Source: a bacterium
GTDB lineage: Bacteria; Blakebacterota; Blakebacteria; Blakebacterales; JAWOFN01
DNA: 60,345 nt
Reading direction: 5' to 3'
Assembly (NCBI GenBank): GCA_046497505.1
Contig: JAWOFN010000010.1
Location: 1 to 60,345 of the forward strand
Shown: piece by piece, positions 39,626-49,357 of the stretch
Layout of the letters: every line of letters starts with the position of its first letter
Position numbering within the stretch: the stretch's first letter is position 1
Program-made: the position numbers and the translations under genes
The notes under the pieces: model-generated
The model's input: the letters and a program-made list of their open reading frames with translations, nothing else
The model's database searches: none
What the model was told of the DNA's origin: nothing

Positions 39626-40240
39626 ATGGCAGACGTACAGATTTCGGCATCACAGGTCAAAGAACTCCGGGACAAGACCGGTGCGGGTATGATGGACTGC
39701 AAGAAGGCCCTTCAGGAGACGGGCGGGGACCTTCAGGCCGCTGAGGAGTTCCTGCGTAAACAGGGGATCTCAAAGGCCGCCAAGAAGGTCGGGCGTTCCG
39801 CCAACGAAGGGCTCGTGTACTCCTACATCCACGGAGGGGGCCGGCTCGGCGTCCTGGTTGAAGTGAACTGCGAGACCGACTTCGTGGCCCGTACCGACGA
39901 TTTCCAGGAGTTCTGCAACGAGATCGCCATGCAGGTGGCTGCCGCGAATCCCCTCTTCGTCGGTCGTGACGAAGTCGACGACGAACTCGTCGAGAAAGAG
40001 CGGGAGATCTACGCTGAGGCGGCGAAGAACGAGGGCAAACCGGACAACGTCATCGAGCGGATTGTGGAAGGCAAGATCGACAAGTACTATGAACAGGTCT
40101 GTCTGCTGGAACAGCCGTACATCCGCGACACAGACAAGACGGTAGAAGAACTCCTCAAGGAAACCATCGCGAACCTGGGCGAGAACATACAGATTGCGCG
40201 ATTCACCCGCTACGAACTCGGAGAATCCCCGAACGAGTGA
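39626..40240 (+). CDS. tsf: Elongation factor Ts (short form)
   Basis: VKELRDKTGAGMMDCKKAL and EVNCETDFVA. Confidence 0.98.
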   Translation: MADVQISASQVKELRDKTGAGMMDCKKALQETGGDLQAAEEFLRKQGISKAAKKVGRSANEGLVYSYIHGGGRLGVLVEVNCETDFVARTDDFQEFCNEIAMQVAAANPLFVGRDEVDDELVEKEREIYAEAAKNEGKPDNVIERIVEGKIDKYYEQVCLLEQPYIRDTDKTVEELLKETIANLGENIQIARFTRYELGESPNE

Positions 40241-40248
40241 GCATCTGA

Positions 40249-41524
<1,276 letters not shown>

Positions 41525-41604
41525 GCCGGTCGGCCCCTCCGCCGCGGCCCCCCCGATGTCACGGGTCACGGTCAGCCGGCTCCGATAAACTCCGCACCCT
41601 TCGC

Positions 41605-41647
41605 CGCCGTTCCTCATCAGCAGGGGCAGCGGCGTTTTTTTTTTTTT
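41605..41647 (+). terminator. Intrinsic terminator after frr
   Basis: GC-rich hairpin CGCCG...CGGCG followed by a 13-T run. Confidence 0.8.
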
Positions 41648-41729
41648 GCATCCTCCGGAGCCTTTCGCTGGCCTGCTGCCGTCAGGTGGGGTTAAATGGG
41701 ATGAATGGTGTGAGACCTGTAAATCTCAA

Positions 41730-41758
41730 TTGACACTTTTCATCTTCAGGAGTAATGT
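41730..41758 (+). promoter_or_regulatory. Sigma70 promoter of the signalling cluster
   Basis: TTGACA-17 nt-TAATGT; TGAGA-N8-TCTCA inverted repeat (41711-41728) abuts the -35. Confidence 0.6.
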
Positions 41759-41813
41759 CACCGGGCCGCTTCGAGCCCAGCTACGACCATATGGGTGCAT
41801 TGAGGGGCAAAAG

Positions 41814-42482
41814 ATGCGAAATGTAGTTGCAGAGATCGAGTCTGACATCTGCACCCTCAGCGGTGTCAGATCAGCCCATGTGGTGCTCAGCCCTGACGGC
41901 ATGGAGATTGACGAGATCCACGTCGTTGCATCACACGACAAATCGCCGAAGCATCTTGTTCGAGACGTAGAATCCATCCTGCTCAACAACCATAACCTGC
42001 GCGTCGATCATAAGAAGGTCAGTATCGCGCAACTGAAGGACGTGGAGGGTAAGGAGTCAGCCGTTGAGCCGGGTCCGAGCAGGCGGGCGGTCGAGCGGAT
42101 CCGATTCGTTTCGGCTAAGTCCAATACCTACGGTCTGAGATGGGAAGTGTCGGTCGAGCTGGAACGGGCTGGGATCCCGGCTGCAGCCACAGCCAACGGA
42201 GCAGGAAGCCGCCAGAACAAGGCTCGTCTGGTGGCGGAGGCCACAGCAGAAGCCTTGAACAACTTCCTCGACGATAACCAGGCAGTAGCCGTCGAGGAGG
42301 TCATCCAGACCGACGTAGGGAATCGTCACAAGGCCGTCGTCTGTGTACTTTCCCTGCTGACGAACCGGAATGAGAAGGTGCTGGTCGGAAGCAGCCTGCT
42401 TCAGGACGACTTACCTAAAGCGGTGGTTCAGGCTACACTCGATGCAGTGAATCGGGCGATCAAGCCCTCATCGAAAGAGTGA
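41814..42482 (+). CDS. Conserved hypothetical protein; C-terminal domain resembles the LeuA allosteric (dimerisation) fold
   Basis: GAGGGG RBS; EIHVVA...PKHLVRDVES...DHKKVSIAQ N-domain; RLVAEATAEAL...LVGSSL..DL..AVVQATLDAVNR C-domain. Confidence 0.75.
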   Translation: MRNVVAEIESDICTLSGVRSAHVVLSPDGMEIDEIHVVASHDKSPKHLVRDVESILLNNHNLRVDHKKVSIAQLKDVEGKESAVEPGPSRRAVERIRFVSAKSNTYGLRWEVSVELERAGIPAAATANGAGSRQNKARLVAEATAEALNNFLDDNQAVAVEEVIQTDVGNRHKAVVCVLSLLTNRNEKVLVGSSLLQDDLPKAVVQATLDAVNRAIKPSSKE

Positions 42483-42665
42483 GTCGGGGACCACACAAAG
42501 CCCTCGAACCGGAGGAGCGCTGCATAGGATAGGAAGACTTTGACAACGAGCTAAAGACCGACATCGACTCGGCCAAACAGCGAGCGGAGCGGATACCCCA
42601 GAGGAGCGGTGACTCTGTCCACCAGCGGACGGGCAGAGATCCCAACTCAGAAAGGGGGGTCTCGC

Positions 42666-42725
42666 ATGTTTTTCAAGCTCATGCTAGCTTTGCTGGTTGC
42701 GCTTCAAACCAAGACCAATTGGTAA
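42666..42725 (+). CDS. 19-aa small peptide MFFKLMLALLVALQTKTNW
   Basis: Strong AGAAAGGGGGGT RBS 5 nt before ATG; basic residue, hydrophobic core and terminal Trp; directly upstream of a membrane HD-GYP gene. Confidence 0.65.
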   Translation: MFFKLMLALLVALQTKTNW

Positions 42726-42776
42726 GAGTTTGGTGTCGGTCTTTGTTTTTCCCCACGTTAGCCTGGGGCACCATCG

Positions 42777-44192
42777 ATGCCGGATGAGGCAACAGTCCAA
42801 ATTCCTTCTCAAAAACTCAAGTCAATTGGCCTTGATATATATGTAGGTCTTGTAGTACTGGCTGCTGTCGCGGGTATCTTCCTTAGTTGGAACCAAAGCT
42901 ATCTCACTCAGATAAGTATAGCAGCATTTATCGTTTGGGTTTCACTGGTAGTAATTGCAGACTTAACCCCGATTGTATTGCCTCGTGGTGAAGCCGTTTT
43001 AAGTGTCGGTGGCGCAATTGATTTCGGAATCATCCTACTTTTCCCGACATTTGTAGCAGCACTAACAGGCATTGCATCTGGTTTCATAAGTTCCGTTGTC
43101 CGACGAGTAGAATCCCGGAGAGTCATATTCAATATGGGCATGAATGCCCTAACGATAATGGCTGCTTCGGAAGTTGTTCGAGTTCTTGGCGGAAAGATTG
43201 GGGTTTTGAACCCAGCCCAGCTCGTGGACTGGCCCCTTTCAAGAATGTTTTTGAGTTATTTCTTTGCAGCTATCGTGTATTTCTTGGTTAATACTGGGTT
43301 AACGAGCATTGCCATTTCGCTCAGTACAGGCTCCGATGTCCTGAGTGTGTGGCGGACAAACTATATGTGGACAATTGTGAGTACTCTTGCGATTGCTCCT
43401 ATCGGCTTTATTCTGGCAGCAGTATATCACGTTCTTTCTGATAGTCCTGTGATTGCCATTCTCGGGTTGATGATTTTCATTCTCCCGGTTATCGTGATAA
43501 AAAATAGCTATAAATGGTTTACTAGCGTCAATGAAACGTATTTCAGTGCAATTAGAGCGCTAATCAGTGCCTTAGATGCAAGTCATCATTATACACAAGG
43601 TCACTCCCGCCGGGTGTCGACAAATGCCGTTCGAGTTGCCCGTTCAATACGATTATCGGAAGATGAAATCGAAAACATTGAGAGGGGTGCGATACTTCAC
43701 GACATCGGCAAGATTGGATTAGATAAGAGCATCCTTGATAAAGAGGGTCCATTGAACAGTCTGGAGTGGGCTCAGATGAAACAACACCCGGTACTCGGCT
43801 CCAGAATCATCAAAGATCTTGCATTCTTGCAGGATGCCAGAGAGATAATCCTACACCACCACGAACGAATGGATGGCCGGGGTTACCCAGCCGGACTGCC
43901 TGGGGATGCAATCCCGATTGGAGCAAGGATTGTAAATGTTGTCGATGCCCTCGACGCACTCACCTCTAATCGTTCCTACCGTCCAGCAATGTCTGCTGAG
44001 GAGGCCATTGAGATTCTTCGCACAAATTCAGGAAAGCAGTTTGACCCGGAAGTTGTGGATGCTGTGGACAGGCTTGCTAAACGTGGTGAGTTGATCTTCC
44101 AGAGAGCAGTTTCGTACACTGATGATGACGGAGAGATTCTCTTCACCGGCCACGAACTTCTGGATGCACTTCAATCTTCAAGAGGAAAGTAG
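42777..44192 (+). CDS. Membrane-bound HD-GYP c-di-GMP phosphodiesterase with multi-TM sensor domain
   Basis: About 7-8 hydrophobic segments, then YTQGHSRRV, LHDIGKIG, HHERMDGRGYP, DALTSNRSYR and GKQFDP. Confidence 0.93.
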   Translation: MPDEATVQIPSQKLKSIGLDIYVGLVVLAAVAGIFLSWNQSYLTQISIAAFIVWVSLVVIADLTPIVLPRGEAVLSVGGAIDFGIILLFPTFVAALTGIASGFISSVVRRVESRRVIFNMGMNALTIMAASEVVRVLGGKIGVLNPAQLVDWPLSRMFLSYFFAAIVYFLVNTGLTSIAISLSTGSDVLSVWRTNYMWTIVSTLAIAPIGFILAAVYHVLSDSPVIAILGLMIFILPVIVIKNSYKWFTSVNETYFSAIRALISALDASHHYTQGHSRRVSTNAVRVARSIRLSEDEIENIERGAILHDIGKIGLDKSILDKEGPLNSLEWAQMKQHPVLGSRIIKDLAFLQDAREIILHHHERMDGRGYPAGLPGDAIPIGARIVNVVDALDALTSNRSYRPAMSAEEAIEILRTNSGKQFDPEVVDAVDRLAKRGELIFQRAVSYTDDDGEILFTGHELLDALQSSRGK

Positions 44193-44202
44193 CGGGACCA
44201 AC

Positions 44203-45237
44203 GTGTCACAGTACGCAAAGGCAGGGGTCGACTTAGAGGCCTCTGGTTCTCTGAAGAAGCGAATCGGCGACTTAGTTGCATCAACCTACAGCAAGAATGT
44301 TGTCTCAAAAGGCGGCGAGTTTGGAGGCCTCTATCGGTTGCCAAACTCTGGTCAGACCGTGGTTGCAAGTGTTGATGGTGTCGGTACGAAGTTAAAAGTA
44401 GCGATGATGGCCGGGCGTCACGATACGGTGGGCCAAGACTTGGTGAATCATTGTGTAAATGACATAGCCGTTATGGGTGCCACTCCACTTTTCTTTCTAG
44501 ATTACTTTGCCTCCGGACGTCTTCCAGAGTCTGTCACACTCGATGTTGTTTCCGGCATAACAAAAGCCTGTCGGAATCATGACATAGCTGTTCTCGGAGG
44601 AGAGACTGCTCAAATGCCAGAATTCTATGAGGACGGAGAATACGATCTTGCCGGAGCGATCTTCGGAATTGTGAATGAAGAAGATACTCTTCCAAAATTA
44701 GACCAAATATCTTCGGGTGACGTACTGGTTGCATTTAAGTCAAATGGGCTACACACAAACGGGTACACTCTTGCCAGGGATATCCTCTTTTCTCGGGCTG
44801 ACTTAGATGTAAATGATTACTCAGAAGAATTGGGCGCCAACTGGGCAGATGAATTGCTCAGGATTCACCGTTCCTACTTCGAAATAATCCAGGCGCTTAT
44901 AAGCCAAGATTTAGTTAATGCTTTTGCGCACATTACCGGAGGAGGGATTCCGGGGAATCTTGGCCGAGTTTTACCGGAAGGACTCAAGGCCCTAGTGGAT
45001 GTTTCAAGTATCCAGACTCAACCAGTGTTTCAGGTTCTTATGGATTATGGGCAAGTAAGCTTGGAAGAGATGTTCGATGTGTTCAACATGGGTGTTGGAC
45101 TCATTGCAGTTTGCCCAGAATTGGGAGCGGGTTCAATCCTTACCCAATATGCGAACGACGCCTTTAGGATTGGGACTCTGGTCACTACATCTGAAAAAGC
45201 CAAAGAAGGGCCAGTTGTTCTGGAGGGACTCGCTTAG
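44203..45237 (+). CDS. purM: Phosphoribosylformylglycinamidine cyclo-ligase (AIR synthetase)
   Basis: Y..AGVD, DGVGTKL, GGETAQMP, SNGLHTNGY, AHITGGG and VFNMGVG. Confidence 0.96.
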   Translation: MSQYAKAGVDLEASGSLKKRIGDLVASTYSKNVVSKGGEFGGLYRLPNSGQTVVASVDGVGTKLKVAMMAGRHDTVGQDLVNHCVNDIAVMGATPLFFLDYFASGRLPESVTLDVVSGITKACRNHDIAVLGGETAQMPEFYEDGEYDLAGAIFGIVNEEDTLPKLDQISSGDVLVAFKSNGLHTNGYTLARDILFSRADLDVNDYSEELGANWADELLRIHRSYFEIIQALISQDLVNAFAHITGGGIPGNLGRVLPEGLKALVDVSSIQTQPVFQVLMDYGQVSLEEMFDVFNMGVGLIAVCPELGAGSILTQYANDAFRIGTLVTTSEKAKEGPVVLEGLA

Positions 45238-45257
45238 TTCACTATGCAAGCGTCCTA

Positions 45258-46643
45258 ATGCCCTTTGTTCAACCGCCCAGACGTAACAGCGTTCAATTCT
45301 TCACGATTGGTGTGAGCGTTGTTGCAACGCTGTTTCTTGGGGTCGTTCTAACGCAGGGCTTTGTGAACTGGCCAGGGATTGGCCCCTTCACCTTCTGGGC
45401 TCTCCTTTCAATTATTGCCAGTTTGTTGCTCGTTCGCCTTCCAGAAGGCGGGGCAACCACCAGTATGGGAGAGATTGTAGATCTTGCTGCATTGGCAACT
45501 GCAGGGTTGTTGCCGGTACTGGTTGCAAATGTTGCGGGTGTTCTCGGACGAAACGCTATTAACCGCCCGACATCTCTCCTTAGAAACATCTTTAATCTCA
45601 GCCAGTGGAATGCTGCAACAATCACTGGGTACTTCGTTCTCAAATGGCTGATTCCAGAAGGACATCTGGATTTTTCTCCCATCACTCTGGGGGCCTTTTT
45701 TGCGGCTTGGTTGGCGTTTTCCACCGTCAGCACGATTTTAGTTTCCTCAGCAATCTCTTTGGATGAGAAACGACCCATAGCCCCAATTTGGATCCACAAT
45801 TACGGTAGGGAAACGCTGGTCTCACTTTTCTCTGTTCCCCTGGCGCTAATCATGGCGCTTTTGTATTCGACCTACGGGGCACTTCCCGTGGTGCTTCTCC
45901 TACTCCCTATCCTTGTTACTAGCTTCTTGACTGGTCTCTGGGTTGACCGTGACCGAATTCGTCAACAAGCTGAGCGGGACAAAAAGCTTACTGAAATGGG
46001 CAAAGCATCCGCTGCTGTACTCCATGAGCTGTCGAAACCGATCAGTCGGATCGTGATGACGTCTGATTATGCGTTAACGGGGGGGTATCCGGAGTCCGAA
46101 GCATTGGAGAAGATATTGGGGGAGGCGAAGGAGGCAGCATCGCTGTCGGACAAGTTGTTCGAGGCCTTGAAGATGGGGCCCTCACCTTCCCCGGTTCGGA
46201 TCGAGTGCCTCCTGGAGAAGTTGCGGAAGGGGCTGGATGAGGAGACGATCCCCGTGGAACTCGAGGCGGATGCCCATGGCCTTGCTGCCGAGGGACATTG
46301 GGATGCCGACCTGGTCGTCACGGCGCTGCTCAACCTGCTGAGGAACGGTTGGGAGAGCCAGAAGAAGAGGGGGAAGGGCTTGAGTCTCGGTATCAACGTG
46401 AGCAGGGACCGTGAGCAGGGGGATGTCTGCCGTTTCACTGTCCGCGATCGGGGTCACGGTTTCTCCGCGCCGATGGGACCGGACCTCTTCGACGCACTCT
46501 ATTCCACCAAGCAGTCGGGGTCCGGGATAGGTCTCTTCATCGTGAACCAGGTGGCTCTGGCCCATGGGGGGAGACTCTCTGCCAGGAACCACCCGGATGG
46601 CGGGGCGGAATTCGCACTCGACATGCCATTGAAGACAGAATGA
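45258..46643 (+). CDS. Orphan membrane histidine kinase with multi-TM sensor domain homologous to that of the HD-GYP protein
   Basis: LHELSKP H-box, LLNLLRNG, RDRGHG, LYSTK and GSGIGL; ATGA overlap with chorismate mutase. Confidence 0.88.
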   Translation: MPFVQPPRRNSVQFFTIGVSVVATLFLGVVLTQGFVNWPGIGPFTFWALLSIIASLLLVRLPEGGATTSMGEIVDLAALATAGLLPVLVANVAGVLGRNAINRPTSLLRNIFNLSQWNAATITGYFVLKWLIPEGHLDFSPITLGAFFAAWLAFSTVSTILVSSAISLDEKRPIAPIWIHNYGRETLVSLFSVPLALIMALLYSTYGALPVVLLLLPILVTSFLTGLWVDRDRIRQQAERDKKLTEMGKASAAVLHELSKPISRIVMTSDYALTGGYPESEALEKILGEAKEAASLSDKLFEALKMGPSPSPVRIECLLEKLRKGLDEETIPVELEADAHGLAAEGHWDADLVVTALLNLLRNGWESQKKRGKGLSLGINVSRDREQGDVCRFTVRDRGHGFSAPMGPDLFDALYSTKQSGSGIGLFIVNQVALAHGGRLSARNHPDGGAEFALDMPLKTE

Positions 46644-46993
46644 CGGCAGGTTCGATGGAGCGCCTCGATCCCATACGTGAGGAGATCGACAGGATCGACG
46701 AGGAGATCCTGCACCTGCTCAACGAGCGGGCGAGGAAGGTCCTGAAGATCGTTGAGATCAAGGGGGAGCTGGGACTGCCTGTTTACTTCCCCCAGCGGGA
46801 AGATGAGATCCTCAGGCTGGTGCAGGATGCCAACGGGGGCCCGCTATCGGATACCGCAGTAAAAAGGGTGTTCGAGCGCATCATCGATGAATCCCGGAGA
46901 CTGGAGCGGACGTTGGGGGACGAGGAGGACGCAGGGGGCGGGGAGCCGGAGCCACACCAGGAACAGGAACAGGATCCGGAGCAGGAGGATTGA
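46640..46993 (+). CDS. Chorismate mutase (type II)
   Basis: IREEIDRIDEEIL.LLNERA...K...PVYFPQRE; precedes the shikimate operon. Confidence 0.9.
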   Translation: MTAGSMERLDPIREEIDRIDEEILHLLNERARKVLKIVEIKGELGLPVYFPQREDEILRLVQDANGGPLSDTAVKRVFERIIDESRRLERTLGDEEDAGGGEPEPHQEQEQDPEQED

Positions 46994-47232
46994 TGGTCGG
47001 GGAGGGATGAAGAAAGGGCGGGACAAAGCGAGGATGATCGATTAACCTGTCAAGCCTATGATGCACTGCATCTTCGCATATCGCGGTTCCCACCGATATA
47101 TCCCGCGGGTCGGGCGTCGATGGCGTCTGTCTGCATACGGCTGCTAGCCCGAAACCCGCGCTGACACGCTGAACCCTGCCGCCCGGAGCGGCGATCAAGC
47201 ACCAACACATATCGGAAGTACGAGGTCTTACC

Positions 47233-48246
47233 ATGGTCATCGTGATGTCCCCGCACGCGTCCGAAGAACAGATCCAATCTGTCATCGAGAAACTCAGCGA
47301 GCAGGACCTGGACGTCCACCGCTCCACCGGCAAGAGCCGGACCATTTTAGGGGTCATAGGGACCCGCATCGACATAGATCCCCGGAACCTGGAACTCCAA
47401 GAGGGGGTCTCGGAGGTCATCCGCGTCACCGAGCCCTACAAGCTGGCCAGCCGTACCTGGCAGCCCGAACCGACGGCCCTGGACATCAAGGGGGTGAAGA
47501 TAGGCGGCGGGCATTTCGCTGTGATGGCAGGGCCCTGCTCGATAGAGGGCGAAGATCAGATCCACGCCATTGCCGGGATCGTCTCCGAATCGGGTGCCCG
47601 TGTCCTTCGGGGTGGAGCGTTCAAGCCCCGTACCAGCCCCTATTCCTTCCAGGGCCTGGGGGAGGACGGTCTCCGGATGCTCCGGGAGGCAGCAGACTCC
47701 CACGGACTGATCACCATCACCGAGGTGATGGACGCCAGCCAGATCGAACGGGTCAGCAGGTATGCCGACATCCTCCAGGTCGGTGCCCGGAACATGCACA
47801 ACTTCGCGTTCCTGAAAGAGCTGGGGAGATCGGACCAACCGGTGTTCCTCAAGCGGGGGATGTCGGCGACGATCCGCGAGTGGCTGCAGGCAGCAGAGTA
47901 CATCCTAGCAGGAGGGAACCGGAGGGTCATGCTCTGCGAGCGGGGGATCCGGACCTTCGAAGACTACACCCGCAACACCATGGACATCAGTGCCATCCCC
48001 GTGGTGCACAAGCTGAGCCACCTGCCGATCATCGCCGATCCCAGCCATGGGACCGGTCGAAGGGACAAGGTGGCGCCCATGGCCCGGGCCGCACTGGCGG
48101 CTGGGGCGGACGGTCTGATGATCGAAGTGCACAACGAGCCGGACCAGGCTAAGTCGGACGGGGCCCAGTCCCTCTTCCCGGCCCAGTTCGAGACCCTCAT
48201 GAAGGAGATCGCCCAGATCGCGCCTCTCGTGGATCGGGAACTCTGA
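47233..48246 (+). CDS. aroF: DAHP synthase type I-beta with N-terminal regulatory domain
   Basis: AGPCSIE, RGGAFKPRTSPYSFQG, LQVGARNM, CERGIRTFE and DPSH. Confidence 0.96.
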   Translation: MVIVMSPHASEEQIQSVIEKLSEQDLDVHRSTGKSRTILGVIGTRIDIDPRNLELQEGVSEVIRVTEPYKLASRTWQPEPTALDIKGVKIGGGHFAVMAGPCSIEGEDQIHAIAGIVSESGARVLRGGAFKPRTSPYSFQGLGEDGLRMLREAADSHGLITITEVMDASQIERVSRYADILQVGARNMHNFAFLKELGRSDQPVFLKRGMSATIREWLQAAEYILAGGNRRVMLCERGIRTFEDYTRNTMDISAIPVVHKLSHLPIIADPSHGTGRRDKVAPMARAALAAGADGLMIEVHNEPDQAKSDGAQSLFPAQFETLMKEIAQIAPLVDREL

Positions 48247-48247
48247 G

Positions 48248-49357
48248 ATGCCGTTCCAGCGAATCGCCATCTGGGGACTGGGTCTGATGGGAGGATCGCT
48301 CGCCGCGGCCCTTCGGTCCCGGGATTTCGAGGGGGTTGTGGTGGGGATCTCCAGCCAGGATTCGGTGTCCCGGGCTGTGAGGGCGGATCTGATCGACGAA
48401 GGATACCCGCACGCCGAGTTCACCCGCGGGGTAGAGGGTGCGGACCTGGTGGTCCTCGCCTCGCCCATCGATTCCATCATACAGAACCTGAACGCTCTGG
48501 CGCCGGTACTCCCGCGGGGTACGGTGGTCACCGATGTGGGTTCCACGAAGAGTGCGATATGCAGCCACGCCCGAGGGACGCTGCCCGAAGGGGTCCTCTT
48601 CGTCGGGAGCCATCCGATGGCGGGATCGGAATCGAAGGGGATCGGCGCGGCCGACGCCCTGCTTTACGAGAACGCGGTGTGGGTCCTGACACCTGAGAAG
48701 GGGCAGGAGGAGTCGGAGGCCGTCGAGAGTCTGTCCGCCCTGGCCGAGCGGGTCGGGGCCAAGGTGGTCGTGACCGACCCGGTCTCCCATGACCGGATCG
48801 CCTCCCGGATCAGTCATCTCCCCCAGACCCTGGCGGTGGTCCTGATGAATAGCGCGGGCGATTGGAACGAGGAAGATGATCTCACGCTGCGTCTCGCGGC
48901 GGGAGGTTTCAGGGACCTGACCCGCATCGCGTCGAGTCCGTGGGGGATGTGGGCGGATGTCTATTCCACCAACCGCTCAGCCATCCTGGACGCGCTGGAC
49001 GCCTTCATGGGAGGATTAACGAGGATTCGGGAGGCCGTCGCGTCCGAGGGTGATGAGATGCTCGAAGAGGAGTTCCAACGAGCGAACGCGCTGAGGCTGT
49101 CGGTGCCGAGAGATACGAAGGGGTTTGTCCGACCGCTCTGCGATATCATGGTAGTGGTACGGGACGAGCCGGGGGTCTTATCGCGTATCGCCGGTTCACT
49201 CGTTCCGCACGACATCAACATCCGCGATATCGAGGTGCTCAAGGTCAGAGAGGGCGAGGGCGGGACCATGCGCCTGGCCTTCGATGGCGAGCAGACCGCG
49301 AGAGACGCGGTGCGTCACCTGAAGGAAGAAGGGTTCAGAGCTTGGGTGAGGGAGTAG
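48248..49357 (+). CDS. tyrA: Prephenate/arogenate dehydrogenase with ACT domain
   Basis: GLGLMGGS, DVGSTK, HPMAG, SHLP and GFRDLTRIA; C-terminal DEPGVL ACT domain. Confidence 0.93.
   Translation: MPFQRIAIWGLGLMGGSLAAALRSRDFEGVVVGISSQDSVSRAVRADLIDEGYPHAEFTRGVEGADLVVLASPIDSIIQNLNALAPVLPRGTVVTDVGSTKSAICSHARGTLPEGVLFVGSHPMAGSESKGIGAADALLYENAVWVLTPEKGQEESEAVESLSALAERVGAKVVVTDPVSHDRIASRISHLPQTLAVVLMNSAGDWNEEDDLTLRLAAGGFRDLTRIASSPWGMWADVYSTNRSAILDALDAFMGGLTRIREAVASEGDEMLEEEFQRANALRLSVPRDTKGFVRPLCDIMVVVRDEPGVLSRIAGSLVPHDINIRDIEVLKVREGEGGTMRLAFDGEQTARDAVRHLKEEGFRAWVRE

Noticed and set aside
41635-41647. Poly-T(13) as a phase-variation tract
   Set aside because: Explained as the U-tract of the frr terminator; it is not in a coding region or promoter spacer.
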